64,000 bases of DNA from NCBI GenBank assembly GCA_030265305.1, contig JASAOG010000080.1:1746630-1810629 (forward strand). The letters run 5' to 3'. The stretch comes from Biomphalaria pfeifferi (Eukaryota). The first letter of the stretch is position 1; each line of letters begins with the position of its first letter. The notes under the pieces are model-generated. The model was given only the letters and a program-made list of their open reading frames with translations. It had not been told where the DNA came from and ran no database searches. Positions 25,101 to 50,000 of this stretch are shown in pieces. The translations under genes and the position numbers were made by a program.

Positions 25101-25911
25101 TTTTAACCTACTCAAAATAGTTTGATTAGTGTATGGTACATTAGCATAAAGAAGTTTCATAACTTACATGCTTTGGTCTCAATGAAATAGTAATTAATCA
25201 CTTCATTATTGTAAAAAAGTCATTTATAATTCATTTTGTAAAATTTTTTATAAACAATCTTCTCAAAATATAAGTAGTAAATGGGTCTCAACAATTTCAC
25301 TCAATGAAAGATATTTCAAAGGTTAGTTGTGTATATCATATAAAATCATGTGTTTTTTTTTATTGAAGAACTAGATAAACCTTCACATAGAAAACACATG
25401 TTAACCATTACGCAATGTTTCAAGTTTTATTTTTGCTCTACAAAAATACTTATCAAAAGCAAGTTTACAAAGGAGACAACAGAACATGAGTTGTCTTTGT
25501 ATTATATACAAAAAAAAAAAATGAGCATATGTTAAGAAATACTAAACGATTGTTTTTTTCCATCAACAAAAACAGACATAAAAATAACCATGATGCAATT
25601 ATTAGAAGGTACAGAATTACTAATGTAACGATTTTTTTCCAAGTTAAGAAATATTTGAATTCAAAAGTAAACCCAGTGAAACCTAAATTTTAACAACAAT
25701 ACAGAAAAAAGGTTTGTTGTTTTTGTTAAGAAGTCTAAGGTTAGTTCACATACTAAACAAATAATCTAGCTCAGTTTTTTTTCATCATAAAATCATGCTT
25801 ACAGATATACAAGCATAGAAATAAAAAACAATAAGATAATTCTAATCTAATAAATCTAATCTAATGTAGGATTCATACAAACATCTCTAACTATACATGA
25901 AGTGATCATTT

Positions 25912-39903
<13,992 letters not shown>

Positions 39904-40039
39904 TACTACAATGCGCTTAAATGTTTCGTTTCGGAAAAAAATACAAGATATTTACAATGTAAATAGCACTCATCTATACAAATAAACAGATCAACTTGAT
40001 GTAAAAACTAAGACAAAAAGTCTAGTATCTATATCTATA

Positions 40040-41092
40040 GATCTAGTCACCCGATCCAAATAACTGACTCCTAAAATCCGTCTTAGCCATCTTTGTTGAG
40101 CCACATTTAGTGTTTTTCAATTTCGGCAGATGACTATTCACTGCACTTTATTAATTGAGCCCCGCCAATGGTAGAAATGTGTAACCTCTCTTAAATACGC
40201 TCTTGGAATTAAGTGACTGTAGTTTGCATTAGATTTTGTATCGAAAAGTGAAGTTTTTAATGTTGTTGTTTTTTAATTCAAAACCCCATTTAGCTACGGT
40301 CATAGAATTTAGTAACTGTAGTTTGCTTTAGAATAATATTGAAGATAGAGGTTTTCCACCTCAAAACGCTCTGTAGGGGGATTTTAAACTCAAAACCATC
40401 TGGAGGGATTTTAAACCGCTGAAGGGGGGTTTAAACTCAAAACTGAGTCAAAACTCCTTTTGGCAACACTCATAGCATTTTGAGTGCGTAATTTGCTTTT
40501 TTCTTACATTGAAGATGTATTTTTTAGCGTCAAATCCCGCTTTGCGTTTTTTTATACCAGGTATTGAAGAGGCATTTTTAGCTTCAAACCCTATTGAAGA
40601 GGGGGTTGGGGTTAACTCAAAACCCCTTTGGCTACGCTCATAGAATTTTGAGTGTGTAATTTTCTTTTTTTATATTGAAGAGGGGGGTTTATCGTAAATT
40701 TTGGAGGGGGTTTAAAAATAAAAAATCTTCCTTAACTGTGCTGGTGAAATTTGGGGGATTGTCGTTTGCATTTTTTTGCTTTGTGTTATAGAAAAGGGGC
40801 ATTTAACTTCGAAAACCCCTGGTAGGGGGTTTTAAACTCACCCCCCCCCCGGTAGGGGGTTTTAAACTCAAACCCCCCAGGTAGGGGATTTTAAACTCAA
40901 AACCCCTGGTAGGGGGTTTAAACTCAAAACCTCCTTTACTGTGCTAAGACAATTGATAGTTTAGTATTAAAATCTCACCTAAAAAAAAAACAAAAGCAAA
41001 GCAAAAAATCAGTCACTTAATTCCGATCCCCCCCCCCCCCCTGGAATTTCATTTCGGGGGGGGGGGGTGAACCCCTGGCTACGCTTATGCGT
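40040..41092. repeat. Inverted-repeat arm B (reverse complement of 28166-29385)
   Basis: CCCGATCCAAATAACTGACTCCTAAAATCCGTCTTAGCCATCTTTG...TTTCGGCAGATGACTATTCACTGCACTTTATTAAT... then the same ~135-bp units (AAACTCAAAACCCC..GGTAGGGGGTTTTAAACTC) and outer end ...GATCCCCCCCCCCCCCCTGGAATTTCATTTCGGGGGGGGGGG..GGCTACGCTTATGC. Starts ~140 bp upstream of the CHK2 ATG. Confidence 0.8.
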
Positions 41093-42479
41093 GCATCAAC
41101 GACATTATTGAACAAGCGATTTGCCTGTATTTCATCAAACAGGAAAAAAAAAGTAAGTTTTTCATCAGCGTGTCATCATCAATAGATTCCAAGAGGTGTC
41201 TTGGTTCAAGCAGAAACCCAAAGGTGTTCACATGGTTTCCCAGCCTTTGGAATCTGTCCTTGATCTCCATATGAAGTCAGCCCATCACTGCTGTCGCAAC
41301 ACGTTTGAATTGCAGTTCTATTGCAATTTCTTCTACATCAGAAGTTAACTTCCCATCATGTATTTTTTCTTCTGGTTGTTTTGATTACAGGAAATCCATA
41401 GCATTTGATTGGTAATCAGTTTCGTCCGTTTCTCATCATTTTGCTGCTACACGCTTCACAATATCTCTCCAATATTGCTGATTTTTCTAAATTTGCGCAT
41501 GAAACATATGTGACAGTTCATCTGGTTCTGCCTTAATATTTTCTACTTTTAGCTTCCACTTCAAAAAAGCGTGTCTGTGGTGGACTCCTTTTTATTGTTC
41601 TTTCAGTCTCTCAGGTTTCTTACATTTGGTGAAAGCAACTCCTGGTTTGCCTCAGAAAACAGTACGCATGCAAAACAAAAAAGACATCCCAAGTCAAGTG
41701 TGGAGAGAAGAGGAGCCAAGATCGGTTGCAAATTTCTCCTGTTGGAAACTTTCTAGTGAACCATGGTGTCAAACTTTGTAATTTATTTTGGGTAAACTCT
41801 ACTGGAAACAATACCATTCATCTTTGTTTTGGAAAATAAGCTACCCTTTAACAGAATTTTGCTCGTAGTTCCTCAGATAAAAATTCCAGGCTGGATATAT
41901 CGGAAGTCTTTGTACTTAATTCCAGCTTCTTCCATTTCTGGAGAAAGTGATTTTGGAAGACCATCACTTGACTCATCATCTGTATTCCTTACTTCAGATG
42001 TTTTGTCTGACTGTGGTAAAAGATATTCCCCTGGAGTTTCTTCAGCACTACTTCTCTCATCAAGAGACATTTTCACTTCTTTGACTAAAGTATCTTTGTA
42101 TGAATCATCTTAATAGTGATACTTTTCTTTGACATGTTCATTGTCTTCTTTGTTTTCAGTGCTCTTATCAGACTTCTTCTTAAATAATAAGGATGATGAA
42201 ATAAACTTCCATATATACCAAGTTACTTCCTGAGAATAACAAGGCATTATAGTCAGCGCTATGGAAGTTACTCCTTGAAATTAAGAGTAACCCCGCACGG
42301 AAATAGTTATTAATCTGTGTGGAGTACATGCAACCAGGTCAGTAACTTATATAACAACGTGTAAAGCAGGATTACATGACAGTGACGTAATAGTTAATTT
42401 TTTTTTAAAATTCGGACACTCATTTGGGCCCCCCCCCCTCAAGTGGGGGCCCGGGGGATATCTTGAAATTCTCCCCCCT

Positions 42480-42880
42480 CCTTTCCCCCACCCTAGCTAA
42501 GCCACTGCCATAAGGGTTATCCCTAATTGAACCCTAATAAATATTTCAGTTACTAAACCATTAGGGCCAGCATCGGACCGATAATGGCACAATAAGGGTT
42601 ATCCCTAATTGAGCCCCAATAAAAATGCCAGTTACTATATTATTGGGGCTAGTATGGGTTTGATTATGGCGCGATTCTGGAAATCCCCAATGAATCCAGT
42701 TGTTTTACCCATTCTGGGCCGATATTGGCTCGATTAGGGTTGGGAACCTAATGACGCCAATATGCAAACGATAACCGCGCCCATTAGGGTGCCATTTAGG
42801 GCAGCAATCAGGGCAAAGGGGGATAACCTTAATCAAACCTGATAGTGGGCTATAATGGGCATGTTTATAGGGAGTACTAA
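42480..42880. repeat. Tandem repeat of ~90-100-bp units rich in TTAGGG/TAAGGG cores (..TAAGGGTTATCCCTAATTGA.CCC.AATAAA.AT..CAGTTACTA...ATTAGGGC.AG.AT.GG..GAT.ATGGC.C..)
   Basis: At least 3-4 unit copies. Contains CATTAGGGCCAG, ATTAGGGTTGGG, CATTAGGGTGCCATTTAGGGCAGC. Bounded upstream by a GGCCCCCCCCCC/GGGGGCCCGGGGG block. Confidence 0.7.
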
Positions 42881-43129
42881 ATTAAATTATTTCTCGCTAT
42901 TTACATTTGTGCTCTATATTTTGTGTTCTACTCAGAAGATTAAATTTTAATCAAAAAAATCTGTACCTGGACCTAGCCACATCTAGATCCACTATTTTTT
43001 CTGCGAAAATTGTACTTTAGATGTAATTAATAAGAATATATTTAATAATTATATAATAATATAATATTCTCTCCTCCCCCTATAAAAACTACTGCAGTGT
43101 AATGTAGAATTGTAGATGTATAGATATAT

Positions 43130-43570
43130 TCCTAGTTGTTTATTCATTCTACATCTGTGGCATTTTACGTCTCGAGAGACGATCTTTTCCCTTTGCAACT
43201 TCTTGTGTGACTAAAGAGGCCAATCCTTGATACACAGCTGCGATCGCAGGTTGGGTATATATAATCACTAGGCGCCGTTGCATTTTAAACCTTCTTTCTG
43301 CTTCTGTTGTGTATGACATCTGCAATCCGTGATCCTTCCTTTATACTCTCTCTCCATGTGGATCTGTCCAGTGCCACCTCTTCCCAGTTGCCAGTGTCGA
43401 TTTTGAAGAACTTCATGTCGCGTTTGCATACATTCGTATGACGTAAAAGTGGACGACCAGCGGCTCTCTTGCCTTCTATTAGATCGCCATACAGGGTGTC
43501 CTGTGGAAGTCGACCTACTGGCATTCTGCGAACTTGGTCATTCTACATAGCTATCCGTATTTACGGTCGG
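43130..43570 (-). mobile_element. Non-LTR retrotransposon (LINE) ORF2 C-terminal fragment plus 3' UTR, 5'-truncated and degenerate
   Basis: Minus-strand translation ..ARM*NDQVRRMPVGRLPQDTLYGDLIEGKRAAGRPLLRHTNVCKRDMKFFKIDTGNWEEVALDRSTWRESIKEG...* (ORF-track 43285..43524). The motif RLPK..LYGEL..GKR..GRP.LRYKD.CKRD.....I....WE..A.DRS.WR is the conserved C-terminus of many metazoan LINE ORF2 proteins. An in-frame stop and no upstream RT sequence show it is a dead fragment. Confidence 0.7.
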
Positions 43571-43975
43571 AATTTTATATAGGTCTGTGAGTCGGCTCTA
43601 CAGCTCTATTATTTCTATTAGTTTATTTTCTCTCTCTTCCTATCCGTGATTAAAGTCGGTAGGTTATTCCCCCTTTTGATAATGCTTTTGGTCTTGATCA
43701 TGCGTCTTGACAACGACGAAAAATGGCCAGGAGTGTAAATACCGACGCTAAATGCGGATATTGCCGAGATGGTTTCTAAAGATAAAAGAAATTCAAAATC
43801 ATTTTTTGAATTCCTAGATATAAATGTCTGTCTGGTTGAAATAATTTAATAAAAATTTTGAGGTGAAATTGATTTAAAAAAAAAAAAGCCGATGTACGTA
43901 TTGATAGCTAGCGGAAATCTTCAACAGCAACAACGACAATTTTTTTTTTTTTGAGAAACTAAAGAGCTCTGTTTT

Positions 43976-43985
43976 TCTCGCGAGA
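43976..43985 (+). promoter_or_regulatory. Perfect 10-bp palindrome TCTCGCGAGA in the GOSR1 core promoter, 14 bp upstream of the first ATG
   Basis: TCTCGCGAGA is a known conserved metazoan core-promoter motif. Here it sits at -23/-35 relative to the two candidate start codons. Confidence 0.5.
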
Positions 43986-43998
43986 AATTGCCAACATC

Positions 43999-44038
43999 AT
44001 GAGAAAAACTATGGCAGAAATGGGTAATCTTTGGGAAG
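43999..44038 (+). CDS. GOSR1: GOSR1 exon 1 (M[RKTM]AEMGNLWE+g)
   Basis: Two in-frame ATGs, 43999 and 44011; the second has the better Kozak context (A at -3, G at +4). Donor GGAAG|GTATTC. Phase 1 joins exon 2 to give WEDLRRQARQLENE. Confidence 0.6.
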
Positions 44039-47000
44039 GTATTCACGCTTTTTATTTTTATATTTCTTAAATTTAGACTAAATATTGTTACATCTAGATT
44101 TAGATATCTATTTATTGGCTGGGCATGTCTATAGATCTGTCTATCTACTATCTAGATATAGATTCTAGAGATTTGTAGAAATTGTTTTGTCATGACCATG
44201 GCATGTAGAAAGTTCAACTTACTACATTACTACTAAATAGTAGACTACTTATCTACTAATTACTATTACTTCTAGTTTAGTTAGTAGTAGTACTTATTTA
44301 GACGTCTTGTCTTAGATTTGTCTTAGACTTAGATTCTACATCTACTTACTTAACTTAATCAAGTTAGTGACTTAGAGCTAAGAGTTAGAGTATTTAGTTA
44401 ATTAACTTACTTAGACTTCAAATTCAATCATCAATGTAGAATGTAGATCTAAATGATGATCTGAGCAGTTCAGACACTCACACTGAGAGTGAGACACTGA
44501 CTGAGACAGTCACAGTTGCCTGAGTAGGCTGTGACTGTCACTGTGTACTGGTGTACTGTAAGTTGTAAGTAACTGTAGCCAGTGTATAATAATAATATAA
44601 CAATATAACTGACGCCATGCCATGACTTACTAAGACTAAGCCATTGGCATTGCCAACGGCACTGGTCATTGGACACTTGTGTAACGCTTTACCTGTACTA
44701 TCCTGTACTTGTAGCCCATCTATTTAACAAAAAAAAAAATTATGGTAAGACCTGCTCATTCCACTCAGTGATTGTGACTAGATCTAATTTGGTACCTGGT
44801 CTATCAATAATTGTCTCTTCCTCTACTGCAGCTTTTTTAAAACTTGCTTAGTACATGATTATTAATTTGGGCAGAGGGAGAGCAGGGTTGTGCCTAACAC
44901 TTGCTAGATGGCGGAAAACAGATTGAGCTCTCAACATTCTACTTTTAGGGCTATTTTTTTGATCAATTTCAAATTGGCTTTTATTGACATATTATATATC
45001 ATTTTTGATGCCCAAAAATAGAGGAATTCAAAGAAAATAAAATCAGAAGCAGCAGCAATTATTTAATATTAAAAAATTTGGTCAAACACACTTACCCCTA
45101 AAAATGAAAAATCCATCACTCACAGAAGATATGTCCAATAATCCATAAATTTCACAAATTCACAATGTTATTTACAGAAAAATGTTTCACAAAGTAAAGT
45201 ATATTCATAGAACATTTGAAAAAAAAATCAAAAACTAATTTTAAAAAACATTTATGCCTATTAATTGAGCCCCCCTAGACCCCACCCTCAACGTAAAAAA
45301 AAAAAAGTTGCAAATTATAACTTATCATCATGCTTAATAACAAAACCAGTTACAGTTTTGACATATTATATATCAATTTTAATGCCTAAGCATAGAGGAA
45401 TTATAAAAAAATAAAATCATTAGCACCTGACAATTATTTACCCATAAAAAAATAGGTCAATCACACTTACACCTCGACATGAAAAATCCATCACTCACAG
45501 ACGATATGTCTATTAATCCATGATTTCACAAAACAACAAAAAAAATATTAAAAGAAGAACGTGTCACAAGGTAAGTATACTTGTAGAAGATTTTAAGAAT
45601 TAAAATTTATTTTTAATATTTATGATTAATAACTAAGCCCCTTCCTCCCCCCCCCCCCCCCCCCCCCCCACAAGTCAATTTTTTTCTTATCATGTTTTGA
45701 CATATTATTTATATATATTTATCCATTTTAGATAGAGATTGTAGATGTACTGTAGTCTAAACAAGAATAATATTTATCAAAAAATATGTCTAGCAACTAG
45801 CTAGATCTAGGGATGGTATTACATAATGTCATGCTAGATTACAATTATATCAGAAAGCTTCAAGTCAAAGTTTCAAAGTGAGTCTGTGCTACATTTGGAA
45901 TCCTAGATCTAACTGATGTCTAAAGTACATTGTAGACTAACAAAGGTATAGATCTGGATTTAGTAGATTATTATAAATAACTTATAAGAATGTAAGTAGT
46001 CTAAATGTGAATAAAACAATGTTATGAATGTTGAATGTTTGAATGTGCCCTAAACAACCATGATAGTGATAGCATGATTCAGTTCTTCATATTAGACTTA
46101 ACTAACTTTATAGAATAATATATATTATATTATATACATCAGGCTATATGTATTAGATTTAGATCTATGATTATGGCATTTAATAAAGTGTCTTATTACT
46201 GTAATGCTTTTATTCTTTGGAGCAAGGACTAAATTTGTAGATCTAGACCAGACTAGATGTTGATCTTGAATCTAGATCTATATCTAGTATTCACAAACAT
46301 AACAATTATACTTGAATTTACTAGATTAGATCTAGAAATCTAGATCTACATTAAATTGATTAAAATGTTGTGTTTTTTTTAAAATAATAGAGTATGTGGT
46401 AGATCTGCAAGATAATTGAAGAAATTAATAGAAATATACAGTACAGAGTGTACAAGGTTTTACTTAAGCAATCTGACGAAGTGTAGATCTAGTCTACACA
46501 ATTATTTCTAGAATTAATTAAATGTTATTAATTTTTACGTTTTAAGATTTGAGCTAGATATATCTAGATCGGGAATGTTTATTTAGAGTAGATCTAGATA
46601 GATCTAAGTGCAGATCTTTGTCTAGTAGTATTAAATCTCTACATATTGTCATATCTGTTTCGCTAGTTTTATTTAATGATCAATTTATTTTAGACGTAAA
46701 TCTATATGTAGTTATTGTTATCTAGGTCTAGAATACCCCCATTATCTAAGCAACTTTGTAAATAGTCTAAATCTTAAAGAAAAAAACAATAATAAAGTGT
46801 GTATAGAGCTAGTATAAGTATTAGATCTCTAGATCTAATCTATAGACCTACTAGTTTTGCTAGTTTAATTTAATAATCAATTAATTTTTTTATGTTAAAA
46901 CGTAAAACATGGTAAAGTCTTACTAGATCTAGACCTAGACGCTAGAAAATATTAGAATATATCAGTATATAATATATATCTAGCCTAGTTCTAGTGAGAC

Positions 47001-50000
47001 TAGTGCCAAAAACCTGTGTTTTTTTTTATTTATTATATATATATATAGCGCGCGAGGCATCCAATGAAATAAAACAGTAGAAAGCTGACGGCCTACTATA
47101 AATTCAAAATAAATGCCTAAGAAGCCAATATTTTAAACTAAACTATCTGTGTAAGATAAAGTCTCTAATTACCTTTCGTAGATGTTATCGCTACGAGTTA
47201 TTCCTGAGAGAATGACTAGTAAAACACCATGTTAAAAAATTGGTCATGAATTTAAGTTCCGCCGACCGACATTCTGATTGGTTAAAAAAAATATTTTTTT
47301 TTAGTTTTTTTTTTTTTTAATTTTCAAAAAGAACTAAAAAGAATTCATTATTACTACCGAAATTTTTAAAAAATGTGTTTAAATAGTAAAATTGGTGTTA
47401 TTTAAATTATATTTAAAAAAATAATTGTACATGATGTTTACGGACGGAAAAAAGCTCGGAAATGACATCGAGGCTATTTTTAAAAAAATAAGACAAATGA
47501 ACCAATATATTCCCTTTTTTTTTTCTTTATCACGTAGAACATCCATTTCTAAATGGTAAGTATGTATTTTATATATGAATTTTATTAAAAAAAAATGTTT
47601 CTTACCTTTTGCAACAGGAGTACTTAAATCCAAAAGTAAATCTTGTCAGTCCTTTAGTGCATACTTGCTGGTATTCACAAACGCACAAATTGATTATAAA
47701 AACGTATTTCAAAAAACTTTTGCTAATGAAACATAGATCTATCCATCAGTAAAGCAAATTTTACTTGGATGATGTATTTTATGTAGAAAATGAATGTAGA
47801 ACTACAAAAATGCATTTTCAATAGGAAATCTGTTTTCCGCCAGATCTAGTTTTATTAGCATATATTTTCCACCTTTGTCTTTTTAAAATTGGTAGCACAT
47901 TAGTAATTTGTGGCAAAATGGTAATATAATAATGTAAAAAATATATGGCAGCTCCACAATTCTAACAGCTCAATGTATATGACTATGACAGACTTGGTGT
48001 TTGGGACTGACGTCTCACCTTGACCATGATTTGTACCTGGTCGACCAATAAATGATGTGAAAATATTCTCAAGAGATTACACTTAACTAAAAACAAATAT
48101 TGACAAATGCATTAATTCTTTGGATTCTAGGTCGGGCCTGCCACTCTGTGTCATTTTCTTCTCAATTCTTTCAATATTGTAATCTATTTTAAATTTGGTT
48201 ACAATATTTTAGATCTTAGGTAGAAAGGTAGAAAAAAGTTTTGGAAAAAAACCCAACATAATTGTAAAGAATGCAGCCTCCTATTAGAAATGAAACACTG
48301 ATGTTAATTTCAACTGATCATAATAACTCAAGTCACAGGCATTATGCAAGACACAAGAGCTGGTCAGAACAACTTGACCATATATCAGTCATCAATCTTG
48401 GTTGATACTATGGTCCAAGATAATTTTTTTTCTATTAAATTTTTCTTTAAAAAAGTGATAATCTCCAATTCTACAGATTGTTGTACATGGATAAATTTGG
48501 TGCATTTTAGAAATCCTTCTTGGCACCAAAAAAAAAACAACAACACTATTTTTTCTTTTAAGATATAATAAAATGAACTTTTATAATAACATGAAGCACC
48601 AAAATATTGTGCATCAACATTTATCAGATAGGATATGGTGGTTCAGGCTAAAGCCTAGAAAGATAAAAGATAAGACTGAAGGCAAAAAAATAATGGGCTG
48701 TTTCTCTATTTAAGTGCTTCACTTTGAGATAAATTATTTCATATTAAATGTCCTTTAGTTTTGTATTGTACATTTAAAATGGAATTTATTTCAATTTAGA
48801 CTTGCGACGACAAGCAAGACAATTGGAAAATGAAGTTGACCTTAAATTGGTGTCCTTCAGTAAGTTAGGAACTAGCTATTCATCACAGAGGGATTATGAC
48901 AGGTAAATATTACAAATATCTAAAAATCAGTTTGTCAATAGTTACTATAGTTTACAGTTAACTGAACATCATCAGCGCCATAGAGCTCAAGGTCTGAAAG
49001 GGAAACTTTACGCTTACTTATGTCACTTTTGTCATGAGTTAAAAAAATTAATTTCTTTTAACTTGTAACTTTTAATTAAAAAAAAATTTCCTTGAAATTT
49101 ACTAGAATACATCTTCACTTGACTATTTCTCTATCAGAATATCATGTTAAGTAAAATTTAAAGAAAGATGACTAAACTAGTGTCGTTGGCCTCCTCTGTC
49201 CCTTCAAAATAGTTTAATCTAATATATATATAATATAATGTAATATGTATGAATGTCTTAGAAATCAAAGCTGTTTGACCAGTCTTGATGAAACTTGGCA
49301 TGAATGCCTTAATAAGGCCCTAACAAGAGAAATTAGTAGATTTAGGTCAGAGAGGCATTATGATTATGACAGATTTTAACTATTTAAACAGCATAGATAC
49401 CTTTTATAATAAAAAGCAAAAACAACAATAAAAAAAAACAGAACAAAGCTGGGTTAAAACATAACTAGTTTAAAAAAAAGACAAATAATGACAAACTGTG
49501 AACTATTATAAATACCATATATTTGTTACTCTCAGCCTTCCTCTCTATACTAACTCTACTAACAAGCCTGAGAATAGGTAAGTTTAGACTCTATTCTTCT
49601 TTGAATTGCATGAGCAGATTTCCCGAAGACTTCTCACCAATACCTCTCTTTTGTTGTCCAAATCAAATCATTCCATTCCTTTTTTTTTTCTTGTGATCTT
49701 GGTTTATTTTTAATATCTGTAAAAAAAATATTTATATTTGGTTATGGAGTAGATTGAGGTTGCTTTGTTTACTTCAGAATTCAGAAACTAGAATGTTAAA
49801 ATTTGTTGCTTTTCAAAACAAACAAAATAAAGTTAAATTTACTTTTATCCCTTAAAGAAAAACCAGACTATGAATGTTATTTTTTTTTTTTATGTATTAT
49901 TAAATTTCTTGTGTGCTCATGATCACTGTTTTTTGCATCATTAATTTAATAATTAAAAAATTTTCTATTTGTTTTGATTCCTTTGTTAACATAAAAAAAG

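Noticed and set aside
47040-47290. CCAAT boxes (GGCATCCAATGAAAT at 47048; CTGATTGGTT at 47275) as a promoter
   Set aside because: Once GOSR1 exon 1 was located at 43999-44038, these fall inside intron 1. No first exon compatible in phase with 48800 exists downstream of them.
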